A DNA stretch of 63,326 nt, filler included, from Bonamia ostreae (lineage: Eukaryota): NCBI GenBank assembly GCA_040357525.1. It is 44 parts of 44 records of this genome, joined end to end, with 100 filler letters (N's around TTAATTAATTAA, not from the genome) between each part and the next. Parts side by side here need not be neighbours in the genome. Positions count along the whole stretch, not along the records: positions 36,180 to 37,519 come from JBDODL010002001.1; positions 37,620 to 38,959 come from JBDODL010002002.1; positions 39,060 to 40,398 come from JBDODL010002003.1; positions 40,499 to 41,836 come from JBDODL010002004.1; positions 41,937 to 43,273 come from JBDODL010002005.1; positions 43,374 to 44,707 come from JBDODL010002006.1; positions 44,808 to 46,141 come from JBDODL010002007.1; positions 46,242 to 47,575 come from JBDODL010002008.1; 36 more parts are not named here. The stretch is one strand, 5' to 3'. How positions within the stretch are numbered: the first letter of the stretch is position 1; each line of letters opens with the position of its first letter. The position numbers and the translations under genes were made by a program. This document shows positions 36,501-50,744 of the stretch, piece by piece. A model generated the notes under the pieces. The model did no database searches and was not told the DNA's origin. It was given only the letters and a program-made list of their open reading frames with translations.

Positions 36501-38543
36501 GTGGGTATTACTTAACTATCAACGATGTTATTTTCATCAATCAGAATATGTAAGCGATGAATATATAATAGGATAATATAATAAGTATTTTATACAGCAG
36601 TGATACTTTCCTTGTCATATTTAGCATAAATATTTTCCCTCAACTTGAGGACTTATGTGCAGCTTCAGTTCCTGTAGAGAATAAATCCAAATGTACTGCT
36701 TTTCGTTCTACAAATCTGCTTTAAGGGGGAATAGATGGTGCTATGTCGTTTTGGGAAAACATTTTGCGACATGTTCCTGGCTGATAATATTGTTGAAGTT
36801 ACGCTTAAACTAGAGTATTTGGTCGATTAGTGCACCAGTCCTGAACGAAATTGAATTGTAAAAATGGGGATAGTATTGAGCATGATTTATTATTCTTTGT
36901 ACTTAACTAGATTTTAGCACCTTGGTGATACTAAAAATAGACACTGATAACATTATTTGTGAATTGCTTTATAAATGGATAAGTCATAATTCTTCTTACA
37001 TGGTTAACAAACTTGTGTTTGATATACAAACACATTGAGGTGGCTTCTTGCTACAACTAAATGTTATTAAGTTTGTTTGTTAAACCATCTTAGAAGAAGT
37101 ACATGTACATGAATATGGTAAATGTAAGAGTGATTAACAATTTTTCGCAATTAATTTATGTGAGGTTTCTCAGAGTTTTGTCCAGAATAATGAAACACTA
37201 AACGTGTTATGTTTGCAAATGATATATTTTGAATAACAATCTAATACAATATGCCTAAATAATTCAAATAGACGTTCTGATTTTGTAGATTAAAATATTT
37301 CTGAGCAAAACATGTGATTGCTGTCGTGGTTTAACATAAACACAAATCTGAAAAATTATTTTTAACGAACAATGATGAAATTGCGGTGTATATACATGCC
37401 TGTATAACACACAATTCTTTTATATAGATTACCATTACAAGAAGTGTTATTGGACGAATTGGTTGAATGGCTTTGACGAACCTGTCGTTTACTTTGTCCC
37501 TAAAGGATACGTATTGAGANNNNNNNNNNNNNNNNNNNNNNNNNNNNNNNNNNNNNNNNNNNNTTAATTAATTAANNNNNNNNNNNNNNNNNNNNNNNNN
37601 NNNNNNNNNNNNNNNNNNNCCCTACAAAAAAAGCATAATTACTATTCACTACACATTAAATAGTTATCGATGAAGAGAACCTAATTCAGTGATAACTGGT
37701 ATAACATTGTTTCTCCCACTCTAATGCTCTGTCTGACAATTAGACTGGTCATTCATTTTAAACTTCACATTTTTATGAAATTGAAGAATTACTTTTAGCA
37801 ATTGATCGGATGACTGTAACATATCCTTAGTAAAAGTACAAATTCAAATTATCGAATCTGTAAAAAGTGCTTAACATTGTTTTAATCTGATGATACCTGT
37901 ATATCAGTATCAACATTTGTACTACTAAATAATGTCTTTAAATAATGAAACAATATTACATAATAATCTCAGCTGTGATTAAGCTTACAATTTAAGTACA
38001 GACCAAAACAAACTAACCGCTCTGTCCCTTGCTTAAGCTCTTTGGGGGTCTCAGTCGCTTTATTTTCATCTAATGTACTCTGTGGAGAAAATTATTGTAC
38101 CGCCAATGTCATTGTTTTCAAACAAAATTAACTTCATACTTTCATCTATTATGCATGCATAAAAGATAATATAATATACGTTCGGTGTGTATATTTTTCC
38201 TTGAAAAGTAGATTGAATAAGTCCAGAATAAATCAAATTATATTGAATTGTTTTCTGCAATACAGAAAATATCCGCACGTTTAAACAAAATGACTTTAGG
38301 ATTAGTTATATCGATGCCGAAATAATACTTAACTTTCAAGAAATTTCTACATTTAAAAAACCGGTCATGTCATTTCCTTTATTTTTAAGAATATATGAAA
38401 TTGAGAACAAATTCTGTTGGTTATTTGTAAAAAAAAATTAATGTTTTAAATTAAAAAAAAAACAGTAAATAGAATCAATATATACGTACTAGTATCAGAC
38501 ATGTATCTACAGTAGTAGAGTACCACAAGTCTTAGAAACTTAC

Positions 38544-38959
38544 AATTTCGCAGGGCATTGAATCAACACGTCTTCCATTTTCTGGTGTTTTGGATGTTTC
38601 GATATTAATGTTTTCATTTGCTGATATGTTGGATGTTTCCTTATCATTGTTTTCAACTGCTGAGTTGACAGCATGATAACATTTGGATTCAACGGATCTC
38701 TTTTCGTTACTTGTTGGGTCATTTTGACTCGCAATTTCACTTGTGTTCTCATCATCTTCTTTCTCATCGTCACATATGATCTGAAGACGGTTTCCTGGAA
38801 GTTTAGATGTTGATCCAGGTTTGACACTGGGAACGATTTTGTCAGCTTCATTACTACCGCAATGAGCAGAATTCTGCTTTGACTTAGAGCCACCATCGGT
38901 TCGCGAATCTTCTTTGACCTGCTTTTCATCTACGTCTTGAGGCTTTTCGTTGTGTTCTG
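38544..38959 (-). CDS. Low-complexity hydrophilic exon (animal-type contig)
   Basis: Stop-free frame EHNEKPQDVDEKQV...DSMPCEI ends at a GTAAGT donor (38543). Confidence 0.5.
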
Positions 38960-39059
38960 NNNNNNNNNNNNNNNNNNNNNNNNNNNNNNNNNNNNNNNNN
39001 NNNTTAATTAATTAANNNNNNNNNNNNNNNNNNNNNNNNNNNNNNNNNNNNNNNNNNNN

Positions 39060-40235
39060 CGCTAAAATTCCGCCCCGAAATTCCTCCGGCATTTTTGATA
39101 GTTTGACATTAGTAATTTCATTAGTCCAAAACGTAAAACCGTCTGCCGTCTCAACTTTCTTCCAAAACAGCGACTTATCTTTTTTCCTTTCCTCCCTCTT
39201 CACCATCCAATGCAACCCGATTTTTTGGTGCACCAACAATTCAGTTTTTACCAGTTCTCCGGGCTCCATGGGCTCCAGATCTTCGAAAGAAGTGGCATTT
39301 TCGAAAATCTCCCTAAAATCGCCGCTAAGTTCTTCTGTATTTTTGCCGTTCAAATCGTCTTCAAAAGTCTTTTGTCTGTTTTCAGAGCTTTTCTCTTCGT
39401 TTTTGGTGTTTTTGTGTTCGATTAAAGCTTCTTCGAACATTTCGTCTTCCAACATTTCCAATGTTTGGACATTGAACAAAGGGTGTGTTTTATAAAAATG
39501 GAGGTCGATCTCCATTTTCTTCATCCGACTTTTAATGCGTTAAAAAAACTGGTTCAGATAAGAACAGATTTTTTTGATGCTAAAAATCGGTCCGATCAGA
39601 TAAACCTTCATCTGCGCCGCAAACTGATTTTCAGGCGGATCTTCGATTTCTTCGTCAAAATCGCAGACGATTCCTTCCGCTTTGAAAAAGTTGGCGTTTT
39701 TGAGAATCTCCGTTAAAGCGTCTCTGGTGTTGACATCGCAGTAGCCCATCACGTTTTCGCCGGAGAAATTTTGCTGGGGACAAACCTTTATCGAAAGCGG
39801 GTCGATTTTGTTGTTAATATCTTTGATCAGAACGACTTTTGTGCCAACGGAGACTTTTCCAAAATCGGAAATTTGGCCAAAGATGTAACCTTTGAAGACG
39901 CCATAGAGCGTTAGGGGGTTTGCGGGCGGTTTCAAGTGTGGTCGATTTTGTAACTGCCCAAAATTGGCGTTTATTCGGGGAATCGGTTTGCTTCTGAGAA
40001 ATAAATTTGGTCTAGCTTTCTTGATGAAATCGTTATGGTTGATTTGGTTTTGGTGCAAATATCGTTTTTGGGGAAATGTGTAGTGGTTTGGTTGGTTCTC
40101 AAAGTTTCTTGTTGCGTTCATTGCGTTTTTTGGCCGTGTTGGCGGATGGACAAAATTTCGTTTTTTCGAATCGATATTTCGTCTGAAATCGATGTTGTTC
40201 TCGAGCTTTAAACTGTTATTTTTAAAATGGTCCAT
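39060..40235 (-). CDS. HLTF: HLTF/Rad5-like HIRAN-SNF2 helicase, 5' part
   Basis: HIRAN-like VVLIKDINNKIDPLSIKV...MGYC, then KTELLVHQKIGLHWMVKRE...FW...NEITN...FRGGILA. A 21-nt intron lies at 39529-39549. Confidence 0.85.
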
Positions 40236-41143
40236 TTTTGAAAGATTTTCAGGCTAATTTTGCTATTTTATATAAAAATATCGTTTCTTTTTGCTATTAT
40301 ATATTGTAATATGGTCATATAGTTTTTTAGCCAAAAGCTTATTTTGTAATTTTTGTCAATAAAAATTTGTTTTCCGTTTTCATTATTAAGTCGATGCTNN
40401 NNNNNNNNNNNNNNNNNNNNNNNNNNNNNNNNNNNNNNNNNNTTAATTAATTAANNNNNNNNNNNNNNNNNNNNNNNNNNNNNNNNNNNNNNNNNNNNTG
40501 ACAGCAACTTTCCAACCCAAAGGACTATAGTCCTCGATTCCATAAGCTTTTGTCTTTCAGTAATGAACTGAAAAACTTTGTCCGAGCGGCGGTAATGTGT
40601 CATATGGTAATATTGTTGCTGTACAAACTGGCGTCTGCTTCCCGTATGTTTATCATGACGTAGGCGTTTCCCTTGCAATGCACTTCGTTACCGTGCCCCT
40701 TGAACGAGCCCAAAATGTTATACTAGATTTTGTGAGCTGTGAGGTAGGTAGCTGTTGTTGCGTAGTTCCCATATAAGTTTTAAAACTCTTGAAATTGCGA
40801 TAAACCATGTTGTTTAATATTTCCGAGGATTCGACAGCTTTCTTGAAGTCGACACGTATTGACTGTGGACGTGAGAACTAAAGCTGGTATTTTTCTATGC
40901 GAGGCGGGCTAGAACTGATAGTACATGCTAAGAGAGTACACATCAAAACAATCTCATCACTACGCGACTTTTAACTACAACTCATCGGGTCATTTATTTC
41001 TGAATTAATTTCCGCTAATCTCCGTAAAACGGAAGTATAAAACTGTGTACATAGTTAAGATTCATGTCAACACTAATATTATAAGAGGTTATGGTGTACA
41101 AATGTAAAATGTTAATAGTTTTGTTATTACACGTTTGTTTCAG

Positions 41144-41332
41144 GTAATATTTCTAGAAACTTCAGAGTCAACTATTACGATGACGTCGACGATTGGCCTT
41201 TTAGCCTTAGCATGACATATGTTTCAAATCCACACAAAATAGAGTTTCAAGTTCAACGGAGTGGGAGTATTGTCTACTTGGATATCATAACAGACGTATT
41301 CGGATTTGAGGTGTGCGAGATTCAAGTGTATG
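41144..41332 (+). CDS. Galactose-binding/F-type-lectin-like domain exon (animal-type contig)
   Basis: 189-nt phase 1-1 exon ending FEVCEIQVY|G at a GTGAGT donor, matching the CEVxVYG end motif. Confidence 0.6.
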
Positions 41333-44300
41333 GTGAGTTATTACTCCTGTCTAGATATATCATCGTATTGAATTGTATTTTGTCTATGTTTTGCTGAAAA
41401 TATTTAGTTTTCACCAGTTTTAGTTGAAATACACGTTTCGGTTTAATGATCAACAGAAAAAAAAATTGATGGATGTACCTTGGAACTTCAGATGTGCGAC
41501 TTACAAGGATTTGTCGAATTTTAACACGTGTACTACTACATATACAATGTTCAGGCTCGCTGGCAATATTTGCGTTTTACATAAATGCAACCTTAAAAAC
41601 ACATTGTGGTTAAACTAATGCAAGGGAAACCTACAATTATTACATATTTGAACTCCCTTGTTCCATAAAGATGGCATAATTTATTTGAACATCAGTATAA
41701 ATGCGACTTCCACATACATATTGCATGATACGTTTATGGATATTTCTAAAAATACTGTCAAGTTAGCATCGTACAAGATTTAACCTCCGAGTTCAATATG
41801 AAGAATGAAGAATTCTTTAGTATTTTAAGGTGGTACNNNNNNNNNNNNNNNNNNNNNNNNNNNNNNNNNNNNNNNNNNNNTTAATTAATTAANNNNNNNN
41901 NNNNNNNNNNNNNNNNNNNNNNNNNNNNNNNNNNNNAACCTGGTATCATTAGCATCAAATAATGTGCTTACGTATTCGATTATTTGACACTTTACACTAG
42001 TACACTAGATAGAAATGTACAGAAGTATAATTTGCAAATTAGTGTAATTTCTGAATAGTTACACATTGCATAATCCGTTTACAGATAATATTTCAAATTC
42101 GATTCGAAATTACAATAAAATATTCCTGTGAAGTGAAACATTTGAACATGTCCATTACCACTATAATTGTAATTAGAATCACCTACATATACATAATGGC
42201 TTCGATGCTCAAAACATTATCCATGGATTTTGTCACAGTTTACCTCAAATGAGTGAACATGTTGATATAGCAAATAGTTTGAATTACCGTTTACGTACTC
42301 ATAGAAAAAATGCTTTGCTTGTCGGACGACACAACCGGAATATTTGCTTTCTCCACCGTGCAATATAACTCTCCGGGTTTGCACATTACTTCGGAGCAAA
42401 TAGTCTGGTGTGCCGCCCGTGAAGCCGTACATTATATGTACTGGCACAATACATGTGACAAGACTATTGAAATGTCACAAGTTAAATCATGGGATGGTTG
42501 TCGTATTTAATTCTAACAAACTGGAATTTTGGTAACGCATGTCCAAGCACGTGTCTTTTTACACAAAATGAAAACGTGAGTTGACTGAAAGTTAACTGAA
42601 AGGTTTGGTTGCAATGTGAATGAATAGTGGATTTAGTAACTGCTCGGCCACCTTCAATTCTAATGGATCTTTTTGTGGTATCAACGTTGGCCTTGGTACG
42701 TTAGAAGTAAGTGCATAAAGTAGTATCATGGGTTGCACTATGGGTATACTGATAACTATATGGTGTTTGTAACCTTTGGATCAATCCGTTATCTTATCAA
42801 TAGTATGACTCTCAGATTAATCATTTTTCCTTGTTATTGTGTAGTTAGGAACTTATCTAAACAAAAATCACGTTTTGATAAACTGTACGATCATGTTCAG
42901 TAGCATACTTAAGGTCCCAAATTTTGATCTCATATCTTTAGTAATCATTTTGATTTTCATTTGAGCATACGTTTTAACAAATGACGAGCAATACGTTAAC
43001 ATCACGCGAATTCGTCTAACAAATAGATGTCATATCGTTGCATACAGAATTGTCAAAACTTTGATCCGAATGGAAACTAAAAGGAAACAATTTATAAATA
43101 GAGATCTTTGGACAGCAAAATACTTATATAGAGTTTACATCATTCAACAAAACACTGAATGCTCTAAATATCTTATGTGTCTCATAACACTATTATACCG
43201 TTCTGTGCATACTGAGTTTGACTACGAATTATCTCGTTTACCTGGCCAATATATAGAGCTCGACGTGGGTGTGNNNNNNNNNNNNNNNNNNNNNNNNNNN
43301 NNNNNNNNNNNNNNNNNTTAATTAATTAANNNNNNNNNNNNNNNNNNNNNNNNNNNNNNNNNNNNNNNNNNNNAAATGGTTGAAATGATGCCCTTGCTGC
43401 GTATTCCAAGTGTATTGTATATCCAGTTGATACACTCAACAAAAGCTTGTGAGTGGCATATTAAGAGTATTGCTAGTTAAAGAGTTGTCGAGTCTATATT
43501 ACTCGTTATTGGACAAAATACGGTTAAGGACAGTACCTTCCTGTGACTCATCACAAATTCACTCACCAATTTCTGGACAGCCAATCGAAGTTTGACTGAA
43601 ATATCTGTAAAGAAAAATAGTGCTAAGGATGCTTGTTTTTTCATCTTTTCGAATTTATATACCTCTGCAGTAGTGGTGAAATAGCTAAGCCTTTTGCACA
43701 AAATAGATTATTATTACTATAAATATTTCGCAGAAAATTTCAACAAAACAACATTAATCAAAACACAAAACCACGGTAATAAAATTGGAAAAGTTCAAAT
43801 GTTTCCTTAAGATTTTAAGATAAAATAATCGTTATGACGAATGCATCTCTACACATTTGATACGTCATCAGTTTACTTGTGTTGCGCATCACATGTTTAT
43901 TCTCGAACAAGGAAGCCTTCATTTTCAACATAGATTTCAGCCAAAATTTACTATGACACATAACAATGTGGTTTTCTTCCTATTTTGTTTTCAGTGAAAT
44001 ATGAAATATAACAACCTACACATTTTGTCGATTCTTAAAATGGTACCCTTAGTTTTGTGCCTTCGTTTCAAATGAAAGTATCAAAGAGAACGCATACTTT
44101 CTAATTGATAATTGTTTGACATACTTTGTGAATATTAGTGTTAAATCCACAAATGAATACATAAGGAAGTTAGAAATGTCTTATAGAAAGTTAGTTTTCA
44201 CCTTCATGTGTTCGTTTGATTTCTTCTATGAGACGGGTGAACTCATCTGCTGCGCCAAATCTACTCCTAAATCCGATATTTTCCTGCCAATGGAAGAGCA

Positions 44301-44807
44301 AAAAGAATCTTAAAAATTACGCCTACACTAAAATCCTAATTTTGTGTTTGTTGACATAGACACTTAGGTACCTTTACACTTAAATTAACAACAACATTAT
44401 CGTCTTTTAATTTGTTATTATTTGACTTTGTTTTTAACTCTATTTCAAGATGATGTCAGGAATATTGGAACTACCAACATTGTAAAAAAGTTAGAATTGT
44501 AAATATGTGTATATTTTCATGTATCAATGTGAACAATTTCCTATTATTGTTTGTATAAGTAAACAGTTGTCACTGCTGCTGCAAAAGGTAAGAAAGGTAT
44601 AAAACACCAGTTTTTCTACTTTCAAAGGTAACCAAGATGCTTAGAAATGGAAAGGTGGTACATTTCTCCTACGATGACGTTATGAGATATGCTGTCAAAT
44701 TCAAGCGNNNNNNNNNNNNNNNNNNNNNNNNNNNNNNNNNNNNNNNNNNNNTTAATTAATTAANNNNNNNNNNNNNNNNNNNNNNNNNNNNNNNNNNNNN
44801 NNNNNNN

Positions 44808-44890
44808 ACCACCTGTGACATCGGGGGTCAGTTTTTGAGGTCACCTCCGAAGAACTGTCCCATTTAGTCGCCTATATGATAAGTAAGATG
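44808..44890. repeat. Fragment of an interspersed repeat of bivalve type
   Basis: gtgacatcggg..cagtttttgaggtcacctccgaagaac..cccatttagtcgcct resembles a common oyster repeat as recalled. Lies at the contig edge. Confidence 0.4.
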
Positions 44891-46578
44891 GGGGGGGGGG
44901 GGTTACTGGGGATCTAACAGTAAAATGTGTTCTATGCGTTTGCATGGGAACGAAGAAGTGAAAGTGTCATTGTGTGTCTCAGAACTGTTTACAAAGTTGA
45001 AATTTGTTTTCTTGAGATATACATTAACAGAGTATACGTTGATCTGATTCTGTTCTCGGATAATATGTAAAATGATTTGTGTCTGGCTTATCAAGTTTAA
45101 AACCATGCTAAAAAAATCGAAACAGTCATTCGTTTTAGACCTGTCGTGTGAATACTAAAATAAAATATTTTGAGATTTGCCAATCAACAACCATTGTATC
45201 ATGAGCTTGACACGGTGCAGTTTTTCATGCGTTTTTATCAGCAACTTCTGTAAATGTTGTCCGTTTCGTTTCTGTATCATCAGTTATTTGATGTATTAAA
45301 ACAGATTTAATCCGACAATATTTATCAAATGCAACTTTTGTGCCAATAACGACGATATTGCATTCTGTCACAATTGTGACACAGATTAGTGTATGAATTC
45401 AAATGGATTTCATTCTTTTCACATTCTTCCTTTTTTATCAGTTCAGATTTCACATAAAAAGATAGCATATATCGGAGGATATTGCAGACAAGTCAAGAGA
45501 AATATTTCTGTACAAAGCTCCATGCACATATTCTTAAATTTGATCAATTGATACAAAATATGAATATCTAGAAAAAGTCTTAACATGTGAGACAGAGAAC
45601 AATCGGCGAAATAAGCACAGCTGTCTAAACCTGCGGATGGATGAACGAAACCACCTTATTTACTCACCATGTTATTTGAAATCATTCCATAATTAGATAG
45701 TTTGCATCCGCGGCCTATAAATATCTGAAAGGTAACAAAATAGATCACGTACACATACATTTAAACTGAAATGTCTAAAACGAAGAGAACTTGCTCTGTT
45801 TTCGGAGTATTTAATAGTTTTATTCCATTTCTTTTTTTTACTTTCTATGGATTGATGTGTATATCATATCTATCCGTAAGTCGTACGAAGGACATAATAT
45901 ATTGTACGCCTGCTTTTTTTTATCGTAAGTACGATTAATTATCTTGAACGTTCAATTTGTCAATATCAAATCGTCTTCTCTTTCTTGAGTTAAGGGAATT
46001 ATGCTTCCGTGGAATTAATTATATTTCTTTGAAATAAGCACTCTACCACAGATTGGGTGATGATAATTGCAACTGTAAATTATAATGTTTAAGGAAATAA
46101 GATATAAAATTTCTTGATTTTTAAGGTTGTCAGAACCCTGGNNNNNNNNNNNNNNNNNNNNNNNNNNNNNNNNNNNNNNNNNNNNTTAATTAATTAANNN
46201 NNNNNNNNNNNNNNNNNNNNNNNNNNNNNNNNNNNNNNNNNGCCCTGCCATGGGGGCAGTACCTCTACCCCAGCGATTCTCAAATTTACAATTTTGGTGA
46301 AGGGCTGCTTGCTCATTCAATATGCTATCAATAGCATGAAAGATGTTTTTTGAATGTTTTACACATAATCACTATAAACCGTTTTTAGACCGATTGTCCA
46401 GGTTCATGAGATAGGATCAGAGCAAAGTGGGGGGATATTGGGATTGACAAATCTGTTGGAATGGCCATTCGATGTGGAATTATGTAACTTGAGCATAGGT
46501 TAGATCATAGAAACATCAAATCTCAGATTTCAATGTTTCCTTAAAGAATGATTTATTTAGTGAAATATACTAAACTAC

Positions 46579-47575
46579 CTTCTAGTCCTTTTTTTCTGCT
46601 GACTTCCTTCCTCTGCTTCTGTCTGCTGGTCAGATGTATCTTCTGCTTTCGACATATTTTCTCTAGCCCTCAAGTAGTTATCTGTAATTAATGAGTAATT
46701 ATCTGTAGCTTATAAAAGTATATACCTAACAATATATAGCATGTACTGGTAAATTCATTTTAGCTTTGACAGTTGTGTCTGTAGAGCTGACTCAGGGGTA
46801 AATCTAGAAGTTCTTGAAAGGATGGGGTTCTTCAATTTTATTTTCAAGGGATTGGGGGGGGGGGGGGTGTTGCTTTATTTTTTTTGGTTTTGGTAGGGGG
46901 TTTCATGTTGATTTTGGCTAATTTTTTGGTTTTTTGAACACATTTTTCAGACGAAAAGGGGGGGGGGGGGTGTCCCACTGGAACTTTCCTCTGGATCCGT
47001 CACGGTGATTTTATTACAAATGATAACCATGATATAAATGCCCCGCAAAAATGCAATCATACCAGTCTGGTACAAGACTTTAACTGGTATTAAGGAGTGA
47101 AATCGGATGTTGGGACAACCATTTGTTTGATAGCCATGGTTATTTTTGTGGTAGATTTGAAGACTGGCCAGAAGCATTGTTTATGGTCAGCTGTCAACCA
47201 CTTAACCGGTACCACTTCCACTTCCTTCTCATTGGTAAACTCAACCACTGCATACTTATACACAGACCTGACCAAAGTAATTAAATTATACAAATTTAAT
47301 GGCTTCTAAATCAAAGGTACTTGATTTGTAACGAAAAATTGTAATGCTGACCTTGTACTCTCAATAATGTGCAAATTAGATAAAAAGAAACAGGTATTCG
47401 CTAACCTGAAAACATGTTAAACATACCAAAATAGGGCCTATATGCCTGATATTTAGTAATTATTCTGAATTATATGCCTACCACACAGCATCAGCAAAAG
47501 GTAGTGCAACATAACTATCTCTATATGGAAGAAGCACACACTTGGTTTGTACATCATTCAGCTTTGCTGTGTACA
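46579..47575 (-). pseudogene. DNA-transposon remnant: transposase C-terminus followed by a frameshifted DUF4806-type accessory gene
   Basis: KCVLLPYRDSYVALPF*, then YAVVEFTNEKEVEVVPVKWL....CFWP with a frameshift near 47090, then an exon at 46579-46681 (NYLRAREKMSKAEDTSD). Confidence 0.5.
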
Positions 47576-49109
47576 NNNNNNNNNNNNNNNNNNNNNNNNN
47601 NNNNNNNNNNNNNNNNNNNTTAATTAATTAANNNNNNNNNNNNNNNNNNNNNNNNNNNNNNNNNNNNNNNNNNNNGGGTTCTGGTCGTGCTCCCAAGAAA
47701 AGGAGAGGAAACTTTATTGAACGTGGAGTCAGTTTCGTGAAATCTTTCTTCTAGATGACTAAGAACAACGACACATCGTTCTTAGACGTTTTATAATAGA
47801 CATCGTTGAATTAGGAGATGTACTTTAGTGAATTTGTTAGCATTAGGTAAATACTGGACATAGACTACCAAGGCATAAATCTACAGTAACTATCTCTTGA
47901 CTTATTATTCTTCGGTAAACACCGTTGATTTTATGATATTTTAGATACATATATCCAATGCTTTGTGGGCGTATATGTACATTCTATTAGTTAGAGCGAT
48001 ATAGATGTTAAATCAACAAAATCATTGAAGAGGTTAATATGTCTAACGCTCAAATGAATATCTCAAACTATCACAAGCAAAATACTACCATTGCTTTGGC
48101 ATATTTATTGATGACATTGCTTTTAGCCGAATGATCTTGGTCCCAAGTCTTTAAATAATATGACCTACTAATCCACAATGAGATAAATCACTGACCCAAG
48201 GTTACAGAAGTTTCATAATTTTGGTGTATTCAAAATAGACACCCATTTTGTCTGCTACAGCAAGAATATATTGGACAATTATATTTTTTAGCATCCTACA
48301 CCCCATCCTGGAGTCATGATGATAGAGGCTATTGAAATGCACAACGATGATGCACATGGATTTTGGTGAACTTTTAAATATACCTATGTTTACAACGTAT
48401 TGACAATGGATTGGCAGGTCATTGTCACTAGATAGTTCATAATGTAATTGGTTACAACCAGAAAATGCTAGAATAATATATAGTTCTTCAAAACAATGGA
48501 AGAAATTTTCTTATTTGTATCTTTGTCTCACAACTACCGTTATATATGCATTTCAATACAATTTGAATTGTTTTAGTATGCTACCATGTGTATATATACC
48601 CTATGCATATGACTTTTTTGTGATTTTCTTATTGGTCTCCTTGAATTTACAAACATGTTTTGGGTGTTTTAAAAAAAACTTTCTGAAAGTGATATTTATA
48701 TGTAGATGTATAGGCATGCAAGAAACAAAATATGATTTGCAACACTTTAGGATATAACATATGCATAATAAATCTCAAGAATATAATGTGGATAATTCAA
48801 TTTGCTCTTCACAATTTATTGTATGAAGAAGTGTTTTCATTTGAATTTCAAAACAATAGCTTGTATGACAATGAATTCAAATAAAGATGTCGTAATTTGT
48901 GTCTGTTTCACCTTTATCTCTCCTTTCAAAAACAAACCAAAAATCATTCAGTTGAAGTTAAAATGACATGGATTTTTACAGAGGAATAAATGTAAAAATA
49001 AATATTAGCNNNNNNNNNNNNNNNNNNNNNNNNNNNNNNNNNNNNNNNNNNNNTTAATTAATTAANNNNNNNNNNNNNNNNNNNNNNNNNNNNNNNNNNN
49101 NNNNNNNNN

Positions 49110-49426
49110 AAGGAAACACAAAAAATTTGGCCAAAAAAGCCAAAATCAGAAAAGGCTCCAAAATTATTCTCAAAAACGGATCGAAAAAGAAAAAATTAGT
49201 CGTCGGCCAAAAAGTCGATTTTCTTACTAAAAAAAATTGGGTCGCCGGCGTTGTCTTAAAAGTCTCCAAAGGACAATATTTTGTCCAATTTTCTGTCGAC
49301 GTTTTCCAAAATAAAAAATTTCCAAAAAATAAAGAAAGAAAAGACGAAAGAAAAATGGGTCGCTTCGATGGCCAAAAGAGTTTATCCGGAAGTTACAAAA
49401 AGAGCAAAAGATTAAATTTATTGTAA
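49110..49426 (+). CDS. 3' end of a Lys-rich hypothetical protein
   Basis: Open frame from the contig start (LVVGQKVDFLTKKNWVAGVVLKV), with a probable GTT intron from 49301. Confidence 0.4.
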
Positions 49427-49710
49427 TTTTGATTTTTAAAATTTTTGTTCGACTTTTCAAAAAAGACGGATCGACCTTTCGATCTTCTTTTGCTACTGCA
49501 AACTCAAAACTGCTTATCGTCATTTTTAAGCTTATTAATCTTTATATGAAACTTAATATTTTAACAGTCCGAAGCTCAATGTTGGATGCCAACACTGTCA
49601 TTTCCAATTTCTTTAATGATTTTAAGTTTTAGGTTGTTAAGGCGTTGCGAACATTTTAAGAGCAAATGCGATTAAAATGGGGCAAAAAATTTGTTCCCAA
49701 AACGGAAAGT

Positions 49711-50443
49711 TCAAATATCATTCATTCGAACGAAAGTTTTGGTCACGTCCAATAACTGTTTCAATTCCAAATACCTTTTCGCTTCATTTTCCCAATCGCC
49801 ACAAACCGTCTTTTGGAAACCAGTTAAAGTATCCATCTCTTCAACTGCTCGAGCGAAATCGTTTTTTCTGACAAAATAACAGGTCCGACTGAGTGTTTTC
49901 GCTGGTCCGTTTCCTTCGACGTAAGCACTTTCGTTTTTTGACAATCGCGAAATGATGTACGCGAGGACGTGTCTGAAAGGGTTATTGGAGTTTTTGGCGA
50001 GAATGGCTTGTCTCATTGACTTTTCGAATGTTTTGTGAAAACCTTTTCGACGTCGAAAAGAAACCAGTTTTTTAGAGATTGTTTTGACATAACATTTTCT
50101 TTTAAGTCGTTGTTGTAAAAAGTGAAAAGTTTTTTAAGTTGTTCGTCTTTTTCAATGTTTTTTTGCAGTTCTTCGAAAATGTCTTTGTAAGGTTTTTCGT
50201 TTTCGATTGAAGTTATTATGTTGTCGATTTGGTTGCAAATCTTAAATTTTGATGAAAACTTTTAAAGATCTTTTTTTTGAAATCAGAAAATCGTTAATTC
50301 TCGAATTTTCGGAATGCAAAGAACGGATTTCGTTTTCCATTTTTTCCAAAACTTTATTTTTTTCTTTAACTTTCAAATTTGTCGTTCTTATAAATTCTCT
50401 AAATTTTTCTTCGTATTCTTTTATCTTTTTTTCGGTCAAATTT
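49711..50443 (-). CDS. IMMT: MICOS subunit Mic60/mitofilin, 3' part
   Basis: A coiled coil is followed by TLSRTCYFVRKNDFARAVEEMDTLTGFQKTVCGDWENEAKRYLELKQ, the mitofilin C-terminal signature. Confidence 0.8.
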
Positions 50444-50744
50444 NNNNNNNNNNNNNNNNNNNNNNNNNNNNNNNNNNNNNNNNNNNNTTAATTAATTAAN
50501 NNNNNNNNNNNNNNNNNNNNNNNNNNNNNNNNNNNNNNNNNNNTTGAAACCCCTGTAACATCAATCTTGTGAGAAAGCCTTCAAAGAGTAATATATTTGA
50601 AGTATAGCATTGCGTCCCAACCAATTCGGATTTGTTTCTTTTCGGTTTAGAAAAAAAAATCCTATTTTGGCAAAATCAATCATGAATATGTAAAATTAGA
50701 TCAGTTTAAGTGAGGACGAATTTATTTTTTAAAAGCATTTTCAT

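Noticed and set aside
37886-37915. Hammerhead ribozyme core (CTGATGA)
   Set aside because: There is no GAAA after the following stem and no stems I/III.
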